DNA from: Myxococcales bacterium
Lineage (GTDB): Bacteria; Myxococcota_A; Polyangia; Polyangiales; Houyiibacteriaceae
DNA: 64,000 nt
Direction of reading: 5' to 3'
Assembly (NCBI GenBank): GCA_024643985.1
Contig: JAHELW010000001.1
Span: 15,884 to 79,883, forward strand
A model generated the notes under the pieces. That model searched no databases, was not told the DNA's origin, and was given only the letters and a program-made list of their open reading frames with translations. A program made the translations under genes and the position numbers. Positions 8,821-16,878 of this stretch are shown piece by piece. Numbering within the stretch: the first letter of the stretch is position 1; each line of letters opens with the position of its first letter.

Positions 8821-10806
8821 ATGGGGGGATTGTCAGCTGAAGCACAGCTCGCGCGGGTGCGCCGATCTGTCAGGAGGGTCACTGGGGGGATTGTGACCGA
8901 AGCCGTCGCCAGCGAGATACCGAAGCCGCCCGTCGACCTCCCGGTCCTCGGGAAGTTCGCGGGTTACGACGTCCTCGGGCGCCTCGCGCTCGGCGGCATG
9001 GCGGAGATTCTCCTCACGCGTCACGCGAACACCGAGGGCGATCACCGCTTCCTCGTCGTGAAGCGAATCCTGCCCCACTTCGAGCAGGACGCCGACTTCG
9101 TTCAAATGTTCCTCGACGAGGCAAAGATCGGAATGCAGCTCAAGCATCCGAACATCTGCCAGTTTCATCAATTCGGGGCCGACGAAGGGTCGCACTTCAT
9201 CGTCATGGAGTGGGTCAACGGAATGCCGCTCGGACGCTTGATTCGAAAGGCCCGTAAGTCGGGCGGCGTCGGTCTTCCGATCGCTCTCCGGGTCGGAATC
9301 GACGTTGCGCGAGCGCTGCACTACGCGCACATCGCGAACGACGAGCACGGTGAGCCCTTCAACATCATCCACCGCGACGTGTCGCCGCACAACATCATGA
9401 TTGCCTACAACGGTGCGGTGAAGCTCCTCGACTTCGGCATCGCGAAGGCCGATCATCGAGCGCACAAGACTCAAGCGGGGGTAGTCAAAGGCAAGTTTGC
9501 CTACATGGCGCCGGAGCAGTGCACTGCGGGCCAAGCGGACCATCGCCTCGACATTTTTGCCCTCGGCGTCGTGATATTCGAGACGATTACCGGGCGCTCG
9601 CTCTACCGTCGGAAGACCGAGGCGGCGACCATGCGCGCCGTGATCATGGATCCCGTCCCATCGCTCAAAGAGCGACTCCCAGACGTTTCTGAGGACCTCG
9701 ACAAGATCCTCCAGAAGGCGCTCGCGAAAGAGGCTTCCGATCGCCACGAGAGCGCGGCCGAATTCGCAAACGAGCTCGAACGCTTTGCGAAGGAACACGA
9801 CATGTTGGGCAAGCAGCGCGAGGTGGCCGACTTCGTGAAGAAAGTGTTTCCGGAGGAGTTCTCGCGCGGGCCGAGAGTCGATACCGTTCCGTTCGGCGCT
9901 TCGATCACGCTCGACATGCATCACGCAAACGACTCTGCCTCGGCGCCATCGTCCAAGTCGTTCGTCTCGCAGGTGCCTGGCGCGATTCGCGAGCTCGAGG
10001 TCGACGGGGAGCCCGACAGTCTCGACCTCGGACACCTGCTCGACGCGCCCGTGGTGGCGCCGCTTCCCCCGCCCGGCAAGCCGAAGCCCGACATCAGCCA
10101 GCGGCCGACCGAGGACCCGCCGCGCGAAGTCCCGAAACGCACAGCAGCGCGCGAGCGGCCGGCTGGACCCAAGAGTCCCTCGCGCTTCGGCTGGAAACAA
10201 ATCGCGCTGATTCTCGTCTTGGCGGCGGGCGCGCTCGCGGTCGCCTATGACAAGACCGACGTCGTCAAAGACGCGGTGAAAAACGTCGAAGTCATGTTCG
10301 AGGAAAAGGGCCCTCCGGAGGTCGCGGTCGACGAGAATCCTCTGCTCAAAGAGCATGGCGCGCGCATTCTCGTGGCTTCGTCGCCACCTGGCGCCAAGGT
10401 CTACCTCGACGGCAAGGAGCAGGGTGTTGCCCCCGTTGCGCTCACCGGCCTCATGCAGGGCCAGTACCGTGTTCGCGTCGAAGCGCCCGGATTCGCGTCG
10501 TGGTCGAGCAAGGTCCAGGTGGGTCACGGCGAGACGGCAGGTGTGACCGCGCGGCTCCTCGGAAAGCAGGGCGGCGCGAGGCCCGGTGCGTTCGGCCGCT
10601 TGAAGATCGAGACGACTCCGCCTGCAGACGCTTATCTCGCTGGCGACCTGCTGGGGCGAACCCCTATCGAGACCGTCTACGCCCCGCTCGGGCGGCTGTC
10701 TCTGAGTTTCGAGCTTCCGGATGGAAGCAAGGTCAGCCGCAGAGTCCAGGTCAAGAAGGACAGCGTCGCGCGGGCCCGCTTCGACCTGACCCGCGGCAGC
10801 CGCTAG
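8821..10806 (+). CDS. Ser/Thr protein kinase with C-terminal PEGA-like domains
   Basis: Hanks kinase motifs GGMAEIL, VVKRI, HRDVSPHNIM, DFGIAK and APE. There is one TM segment (IALILVLAAGALAVA) and two PEGA-like repeats (SSPPGAKVYLDG..., ETTPPADAYLAG...). The start may instead be GTG 8893. Confidence 0.9.
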   Translation: MGGLSAEAQLARVRRSVRRVTGGIVTEAVASEIPKPPVDLPVLGKFAGYDVLGRLALGGMAEILLTRHANTEGDHRFLVVKRILPHFEQDADFVQMFLDEAKIGMQLKHPNICQFHQFGADEGSHFIVMEWVNGMPLGRLIRKARKSGGVGLPIALRVGIDVARALHYAHIANDEHGEPFNIIHRDVSPHNIMIAYNGAVKLLDFGIAKADHRAHKTQAGVVKGKFAYMAPEQCTAGQADHRLDIFALGVVIFETITGRSLYRRKTEAATMRAVIMDPVPSLKERLPDVSEDLDKILQKALAKEASDRHESAAEFANELERFAKEHDMLGKQREVADFVKKVFPEEFSRGPRVDTVPFGASITLDMHHANDSASAPSSKSFVSQVPGAIRELEVDGEPDSLDLGHLLDAPVVAPLPPPGKPKPDISQRPTEDPPREVPKRTAARERPAGPKSPSRFGWKQIALILVLAAGALAVAYDKTDVVKDAVKNVEVMFEEKGPPEVAVDENPLLKEHGARILVASSPPGAKVYLDGKEQGVAPVALTGLMQGQYRVRVEAPGFASWSSKVQVGHGETAGVTARLLGKQGGARPGAFGRLKIETTPPADAYLAGDLLGRTPIETVYAPLGRLSLSFELPDGSKVSRRVQVKKDSVARARFDLTRGSR

Positions 10807-11717
10807 CGAGTAGGCTCTTCGCGAAGGCGCAGGTAGCTGTCGTACCGGTCCCGATCGACGAGGCCCGCTTCAACCGCGGCGATGACCGCGCACTCCGGCT
10901 CGTGCGTGTGACTGCAGCTTCGAAATGCGCACTCCGCTCGATGTCGAACGAGCTCTGGAAAGCACGAGTCGAGCTCCTCGATCGGGAGCGCCCAGGTGCC
11001 GAGCTCACGGATGCCAGGCGTGTCGGCGAGAAACCCTCCCTGCGGGAGGGGGTGAAGCGTGGCGACGCGGGTGGTGTGGCGGCCCTTGCCGTGATGATCG
11101 CTCACGCTTGCCGTGCCGAGCTGTGCCCCGGGCAGGATCCGGTTGATCAGGCTGCTCTTGCCCACGCCTGACGGTCCCACGAACGCCGAGATCTTTCCCT
11201 CGAGGGCGGCTGCGAGGGTCTCCGACCCCTCTCCGGTGCTCGCGCTGACGGAGATCGCAGGGTAGCCGATGGCCTCGTACGTTCCTTGCCAATCTGCGTC
11301 CCCGGGCACCTGAAGGTCGGCCTTGTTCATCACGATGAGCGCTCGAACGCCCTGGTGCTCGGCGATGACGAGGAAGCGATCGAGAAGGCGCCTGTTGAGC
11401 GGCGGCTGCCCGTAGGAGAACGTGACCAGAAGCTGGTCCAGATTGGCGACGAGCACGTCCTCGCGTTGGGGTCCGCGCCCCGGCTGACGCCGCGAGAATC
11501 GGGTCTTTCGCGGCAGCACCTCCACGACGACGTGCGTCCGTGCGTCGGCCCGCGCCACCTCGACCCGGTCGCCGATGACACACAGATCGCTTCGACGGGG
11601 AGCGTTCTTCAGTCGGCCTCGGATTCGGCACTGAACGACCTGCCCATCGATGAGCACGTCGACGAATCCCGCGGTCGAGCGGATGACCAGACCCTGAGTC
11701 GTCGGTTTCATCGTCAT
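10803..11717 (-). CDS. rsgA: ribosome small-subunit-dependent GTPase A
   Basis: OB-fold N-terminus, circularly permuted GTPase motifs (NKADL, GPSGVGKSSLIN) and the zinc motif CAFRSCSHTHEPEC. The start ATG at 11717 overlaps the upstream stop (ATGA). Confidence 0.9.
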   Translation of the reverse strand: MTMKPTTQGLVIRSTAGFVDVLIDGQVVQCRIRGRLKNAPRRSDLCVIGDRVEVARADARTHVVVEVLPRKTRFSRRQPGRGPQREDVLVANLDQLLVTFSYGQPPLNRRLLDRFLVIAEHQGVRALIVMNKADLQVPGDADWQGTYEAIGYPAISVSASTGEGSETLAAALEGKISAFVGPSGVGKSSLINRILPGAQLGTASVSDHHGKGRHTTRVATLHPLPQGGFLADTPGIRELGTWALPIEELDSCFPELVRHRAECAFRSCSHTHEPECAVIAAVEAGLVDRDRYDSYLRLREEPTR

Positions 11718-12088
11718 CCCCGACAGTTGGAATCGACGTCCTTCGTGATCAGCGAGCGGAGCGAGTCCTGATGGGCAATCCACGCGTCGATGACGCTTTC
11801 CGGGGCTCCGTGGTCCTTCAACGTCTCGATGAGGATCTGGCGCCTGCGGTCGAACTGCCCGCCGAAGATCTTGTGGGGGCGATGAGCCCGGTCGAGGGGT
11901 CTTCCTTCGTACGTGACCGGTGCGCCCAAATGCCGGGCAGCATGTTGGTACTCGAAGCGCTTGATGCGGTCCCGGTCGGCGCGTGCAAAGAGAAAGCCGA
12001 TCATCGCATCGTCGAAGCAGCGATCGATGAAATCGTCCACGATCGCTCTCAGTTTCGGCTCGCCGCCGAGCTCTTCGAAACGGCTCAT
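11714..12088 (-). CDS. truncated (2-on-2) haemoglobin-like protein
   Basis: MSRFEELGGEPKLRAIVDDFIDRCFDD...FEYQHAARHLG...HRPHKIFGGQFDRR resembles truncated globin family proteins. ATG 12088 is chosen because ligD ends at 12123. Confidence 0.7.
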   Translation of the reverse strand: MSRFEELGGEPKLRAIVDDFIDRCFDDAMIGFLFARADRDRIKRFEYQHAARHLGAPVTYEGRPLDRAHRPHKIFGGQFDRRRQILIETLKDHGAPESVIDAWIAHQDSLRSLITKDVDSNCRG

Positions 12089-12122
12089 CAATCCGAGAAC
12101 CTGGGGCAATGTTCCGGGTGGA

Positions 12123-14630
12123 TCAAGGTGCGTCGCTCCGAGCGACCAAGTCGCCCATTCGGGCAAGCGTTGCGTCCAAGTCGAGCTTCACGGAAAGCGC
12201 ATCGGCCATGACGTCGCCTTGGCTGAGCACCCGCTCCGGGACGGTGAAGACGTTGAACGACGACGGGTCCAACGAAAGGCTGACCTCGTCCCAGTGAAGC
12301 GGTGTCGAGACCGGAGCCCCGGTCACTTCCCGGACGGAGTAGGGCGCAACGATCGTGCGAAGACGCCCGGTCTGCCCGACATCGATCAGCACTCGGTTCC
12401 CCCGTCGCTCCTTGCGCCGCTCCATCGTGGCGTCTTCCGGGTGCCGTTGGAGCACGATGCGACCGATGAGCTCCAGCAGCTGCTTCGCGACGGGGAAGGG
12501 CAGTCCTGCGCCGAGCGGTACCAGGACGTGGAGGCCCGTCTTTCCAGAAGTCTTCGGAAATCCACGGAGTCCAATGTCTTCGAGGACGTCGCGAATCGTG
12601 AGCGCGATCGGAATCGCAGTCGCCAGGGAAGCGAGATCCACGTCGAGGTCCAGCGTGAGAAAATCGCACGTATCGAGCGAGCCCGCCTTCGACGCGATTA
12701 CGTGCAGGGGAATGCAGCCGAGATTGGCGACGTACATCAGCGACGAGAGATCGTTGATGAGGATCGTGCTCACGTCTTTGCCGTCCTCTTCTTCGGAACG
12801 GAGACGGAGCGAGCGAACCCAGGCCGGCGCCTGCTCGGGAATGCGCCACTGAAAGAAGCTCTTTCCGTCGATGCCATCTGGAAAGCGGACGAGCGTGACC
12901 GGCCGGTCCCGCAGGTGTGGAAGCAAGGCGGGAGCAACCGCCTCGTAGTACTCGCAGAGGTCTCCTTTCGTGATGCCGTCTTCGGGCCAGAAGACCTTGG
13001 TTTGGTTGGTGAGCTTGGCCTTGCCCACCACGCCGTCGGCCGTCCGTCCCGACGCATCGTCCAACATCGTGGCGTCCTCGAGCTTTGGCGTGACGCGCAC
13101 GTCCTCCGGCGCCACGTCGTTTCGCATTCCGAGGTAGACCGGGTGGCGCAGGTTTCCATCGTCAGTCCAGCCGGCGTATCGGACACGGACCACGAACCGC
13201 TCGCCCGCTTCCAGCTTCGAGAGCAGACGTCGAATCTCACCATCGGAAAGACCACTTCCGACGCGCCCGCACGGCTCGAGCCTTCCGTTCACGAGAACGC
13301 CGACTTCGAGCGAACCGAGCTTCTTTCGGCTTCCCTTCCCCGGGACGTAGCCGTGAACCACGAAGTCGTCTTCGCGGGCTCGCTTCACCTTGATCCAATC
13401 GCCGCTTCTTCGCGGCCCCGTTCGGTAGACCGAATCGCTGCGCTTTGCGACCAGGCCTTCGAGCTCATGCTCGTCGCAGAACGCGCGGAGCGCCGTGCCG
13501 TCGTCTTCGAAGTAGTCGAGCGTACGGATCACGCCCGTGCCACCTGGGATCACGCGGCGAAGGAGCTCCTTGCGTTCCAGCAGGCCGAGCGATCGCAAGT
13601 CCAACCCGCCGAGCTCGAGGATGTCGAAAACGACGAACACGACGGGCACGGCGTCGCGCAGAAACCGAACGTCGCCGGGCTTCGTTGCGTGAATTCGGCT
13701 GCCGAGCTTTTGAAAGGACGGAAGGCCGCGATCGTCGAAGGCGATGATTTCTCCGTCGAGGATGACATCGTCGGCGAGTAGGCTTCGGAGCGCTTCGACG
13801 ACCTCGGGAAAGCTCGCGGTCGCGGGTCGGTGTGTTCGGTAGAAGAGCCTTGCTTCCGCTTGGCGCCGCTCGGCGAGGATCCGAACGCCGTCGAGCTTGA
13901 GCTCGTAGACCCAGCCCGCTCTGTCGACGGGGACCTCGTCCAGGGTGCACAGCATCGGCGTGATGCGTCCGGCGACGAGCTCCGCCTTCTTTGCACCGCG
14001 GCGCGCGGCGTCGGCGCTAGCCTCTTCATAGAGCTCCCCCGAGCGCGCGAGCTCGGCGACCGTCATCCCCGAGAGCACGCTTCGAGGCCTGCTCTCCGTG
14101 ATGTCTTCTTCCTCGGCAAACGCGTCGTCGCGCTTGATCAGCAGCCACTGATCTTGCTGGGTGCCGTCCCGTCTTGCCGGGCGGACGAGACTGAAGCGCC
14201 CCTTGAGCTTGAAGCCGTCCAGCTCGAGCGAAAGGGCCCCTTTTTCGAGGCCCTCTTCCGCGGCATCCTTTGGATACGTCACACGCCCGCGGTCCCAGAC
14301 GATCATCGCACCGGCGCCGTAGTTGCCTTCGGGAATCACGCCCTCGAAGTCGAGATATCGGAGCGGATGTGCCTCGGTATGCACCGCCAAGCGCTTGTCA
14401 TCGAGTCTCGTGCTCGGTCCCTTTGGAATCGCAAAGCTCTCCAGCACGCCGCCGACTTGGATCCGCAGATCGTAGTGAAGGCGGCTCGCGTCGTGGCAAT
14501 GCACGACGAAACGCCCGCGTTTTGTCGCTGCGCTCCTGCGCGCAGGTTCAGCTTCAAATGGTTCCGTCGTCTTCGTCGGGTCGCGCTTTTTTCGGTAGTG
14601 CGAGAGCCCCTTGTTTCTTGGCTTACTCAA
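12123..14630 (-). CDS. ligD: multidomain ATP-dependent DNA ligase LigD (phosphoesterase-ligase-polymerase order)
   Basis: N-terminal 3-prime phosphoesterase (FVVHCHDASRLHYDLRI...GAMIVWDRG), ligase adenylation motif YELKLDGVR, and a C-terminal primase-polymerase domain (KVFWPEDGITKGDL...LVRFPDGI). The gene is divergent from ku. Confidence 0.92.
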   Translation of the reverse strand: MSKPRNKGLSHYRKKRDPTKTTEPFEAEPARRSAATKRGRFVVHCHDASRLHYDLRIQVGGVLESFAIPKGPSTRLDDKRLAVHTEAHPLRYLDFEGVIPEGNYGAGAMIVWDRGRVTYPKDAAEEGLEKGALSLELDGFKLKGRFSLVRPARRDGTQQDQWLLIKRDDAFAEEEDITESRPRSVLSGMTVAELARSGELYEEASADAARRGAKKAELVAGRITPMLCTLDEVPVDRAGWVYELKLDGVRILAERRQAEARLFYRTHRPATASFPEVVEALRSLLADDVILDGEIIAFDDRGLPSFQKLGSRIHATKPGDVRFLRDAVPVVFVVFDILELGGLDLRSLGLLERKELLRRVIPGGTGVIRTLDYFEDDGTALRAFCDEHELEGLVAKRSDSVYRTGPRRSGDWIKVKRAREDDFVVHGYVPGKGSRKKLGSLEVGVLVNGRLEPCGRVGSGLSDGEIRRLLSKLEAGERFVVRVRYAGWTDDGNLRHPVYLGMRNDVAPEDVRVTPKLEDATMLDDASGRTADGVVGKAKLTNQTKVFWPEDGITKGDLCEYYEAVAPALLPHLRDRPVTLVRFPDGIDGKSFFQWRIPEQAPAWVRSLRLRSEEEDGKDVSTILINDLSSLMYVANLGCIPLHVIASKAGSLDTCDFLTLDLDVDLASLATAIPIALTIRDVLEDIGLRGFPKTSGKTGLHVLVPLGAGLPFPVAKQLLELIGRIVLQRHPEDATMERRKERRGNRVLIDVGQTGRLRTIVAPYSVREVTGAPVSTPLHWDEVSLSLDPSSFNVFTVPERVLSQGDVMADALSVKLDLDATLARMGDLVARSDAP

Positions 14631-14668
14631 CTCTTCGCCATTCCTACGATGCGATCTATCATGATCCA

Positions 14669-15529
14669 GTGCCCGCGCGCGCCATTAGCTCAGGGACGCT
14701 GTCCTTCGGCCTCGTATCGATCCCCTTCAAGATCTATACGGCGGCGAGCGCCGAGGGCGTGAAGTTCCACCAGCTGCACGAAAAGTGTGGCAACCGCATC
14801 AAGTACCAGGTGTACTGTCCGACCGACGACGAAGTGGTCGAACGTTCGGAGCTCATCAAGGGATACGAATACGCGAAGGGGCAATACGTCCGTTTCGACG
14901 CGGAAGAGCTCAAAGCGCTCGAAGAAGAGAAGACGCACAACCTGGAGATCGTCGAGTTCGTTCCCCTCGACTCGGTGGATTTCCTCCACTTCGAGAAGTC
15001 CTACTACTTGGGTCCGGACAAAGGGGGCCACAAGGCATATCGGCTGCTGTCCGAAGCGATGGAGGAAACCGGGCAGGTGGCGCTCGGACATCACGTCACG
15101 CGGGGCAAGAGCCACCTGGTCTTGATCCGGCCGTACAAGGGTGGACTGCTCATGCATCAGCTCTTCTACGAGCACGAGGTGCGCGACTTCGACGACGTCG
15201 ACCTCGGCGACGAGGTCTCATTCAAGCCCGCCGAGAAGAAGATGGCCAAGCAGCTCATCGAGCAGCTCAGCGAAGACAAATTCGACGCCGGGAAGTTTCA
15301 GGACGAGTTTCGCGCGCGCGTGCTCCAGGCGGTCGAGGAAAAAGTCGCTGGACACGAAATCACCACCACCCCGGAGGCGCCCCGAGCCAAGGTCATCGAT
15401 CTCTTCGAGGCGCTCAAAGCCAGCGTCGAGGAGTCGCAGACCGGCAAGAAGCGCAAGCTCAAGCCCCCAAAGAAAGCGACCGCAAAGAAAACCCGCAAAA
15501 AGAGGGCTGCTTCTAGTAAACAGAAGTAG
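14669..15529 (+). CDS. ku: Ku DNA end-binding protein
   Basis: GTG start gives (M)PARAISSGTLSFGLVSIPFKIYTA..., the canonical bacterial Ku N-terminus. There is no in-frame ATG nearby. It has a lysine-rich C-terminal tail. Confidence 0.9.
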   Translation: MPARAISSGTLSFGLVSIPFKIYTAASAEGVKFHQLHEKCGNRIKYQVYCPTDDEVVERSELIKGYEYAKGQYVRFDAEELKALEEEKTHNLEIVEFVPLDSVDFLHFEKSYYLGPDKGGHKAYRLLSEAMEETGQVALGHHVTRGKSHLVLIRPYKGGLLMHQLFYEHEVRDFDDVDLGDEVSFKPAEKKMAKQLIEQLSEDKFDAGKFQDEFRARVLQAVEEKVAGHEITTTPEAPRAKVIDLFEALKASVEESQTGKKRKLKPPKKATAKKTRKKRAASSKQK

Positions 15530-15534
15530 TCGCC

Positions 15535-16872
15535 ATGATCGAGCAGGACCTGGAGCTCGCCGAGCACTCGTTTCGGCTGTGTCAGCAGCTTCTTCGAATC
15601 GACACCACCAATCCGCCGGGAAACGAGCTTGCTGCTGCGCAGCTTCTCGCGGAAGAGCTCCTCGCGGCGGGCTTGAGCCCGACAGTCCTCGAGAGCGCGC
15701 CGGGGCGTGGGAACGTGATCGCCAGAATCCGTGGGACTGGCGAGAAGCCGCCGCTGCTCCTCACCGCGCACTTGGACGTCGTCGAGGCCGATCCTTCGCG
15801 TTGGGAGCATCCGCCGTTTTGCGGCGAGGTCCACGAGGGCTGTCTCTGGGGCCGCGGTGCGATCGACATGAAGAACATGGCGGCGATGTCGGTCGCGATC
15901 ATCACGCGTCTTCAGCGCGAGGGCATCAAACCCAAGCGGGATCTGATCTTCGCCGGCGTCGCGGACGAGGAGGCGGGATGCCGCTACGGGTCTCTTTGGC
16001 TCTGCGAGAACCACACCGATCTAGTCCGCAGCGAGTTTGCGATCGGCGAGGGAGGTGGATTCAACATCCAAGTGGCCGGCAGGAGCTTTTTCACGGTCCA
16101 GGTCGCGGAAAAGGGGGTCTGCTGGGTGCGCGCACGGGCGACGGGCGAGCCTGGACACGGCTCGATGCCGCGCGAGGACTCGGCGGTGATTCAGCTGAGC
16201 GAAGCGATCTCACGACTCGGAAAGCGCGGATTGCCGCGCCACGCGTCCCGGTCCGTCGAGGACTTCATCGGTGCGCTTGCGTCGCACCTTCCTTTGGCGC
16301 TGCGACCGCTCATCAGGATGCTCGCAAGCCCCACCGTGGGCCCGCGTGCGCTCCAGCTGCTGCCGGACCCCTCCGTCAGGCGGGCATTCAAAGCGCTGCT
16401 TGGCAACACGGCGTCGCCCACCGTCGTTCGCGCGGGCAACAAGACGAACGTGATTCCGGGTGTTGCAGAAGCCGAGATCGATGGGCGTATCCTACCCGGA
16501 CAGACCGAAGCGGATTTTCTTCGAGAGCTTCGCGAGGTGCTCGGTACCCACATCGACCTCGAGGTCATCCACTCGTTGCCTCCGGTCGTCACGTCGCCTC
16601 GTGAAAGCTCGCTCTACACGGACATCCATGAAGTCATGGCCGAGCGCGCGCCCGATTCCCCGCTCGTGCCTTTCATTCTGCAAGGCTTCACCGACGCAAA
16701 GGCTTTCACTTCCATTGGCGCGAAGTGGTATGGCTTTGCGCCGGTGAAGCTGCCGCCAACCCTGCGCTTTGCAGACATGTTTCACGGCCACAACGAGCGG
16801 ATTCCGGTAGACGGCCTCGCTTGGGGCGCCGAGACGCTGATGCGGGTCGTACGCCGCTGTATCGAAGCGTAA
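15535..16872 (+). CDS. M20 family metallopeptidase (ArgE/DapE/ACY1-like)
   Basis: LLLTAHLDVV, GRGAIDMK, ADEE(AG) and the GEPGHGS metal/catalytic blocks are typical of M20. It starts 5 bp after ku. Confidence 0.8.
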   Translation: MIEQDLELAEHSFRLCQQLLRIDTTNPPGNELAAAQLLAEELLAAGLSPTVLESAPGRGNVIARIRGTGEKPPLLLTAHLDVVEADPSRWEHPPFCGEVHEGCLWGRGAIDMKNMAAMSVAIITRLQREGIKPKRDLIFAGVADEEAGCRYGSLWLCENHTDLVRSEFAIGEGGGFNIQVAGRSFFTVQVAEKGVCWVRARATGEPGHGSMPREDSAVIQLSEAISRLGKRGLPRHASRSVEDFIGALASHLPLALRPLIRMLASPTVGPRALQLLPDPSVRRAFKALLGNTASPTVVRAGNKTNVIPGVAEAEIDGRILPGQTEADFLRELREVLGTHIDLEVIHSLPPVVTSPRESSLYTDIHEVMAERAPDSPLVPFILQGFTDAKAFTSIGAKWYGFAPVKLPPTLRFADMFHGHNERIPVDGLAWGAETLMRVVRRCIEA

Positions 16873-16878
16873 ACCGGG

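Noticed and set aside
8833-10527. 564-aa ORF on the minus strand
   Set aside because: It is antisense to the Ser/Thr kinase, whose catalytic motifs are unambiguous. Shadow ORF.
11913-13781. 622-aa ORF on the plus strand
   Set aside because: It is antisense to ligD and the globin gene. It has no motifs and skewed composition.
14270-14668. Upstream extension of the Ku ORF (track start 14270)
   Set aside because: The extension overlaps the ligD N-terminus on the opposite strand and is Arg/Ser-rich. The Ku homology begins exactly at GTG 14669.
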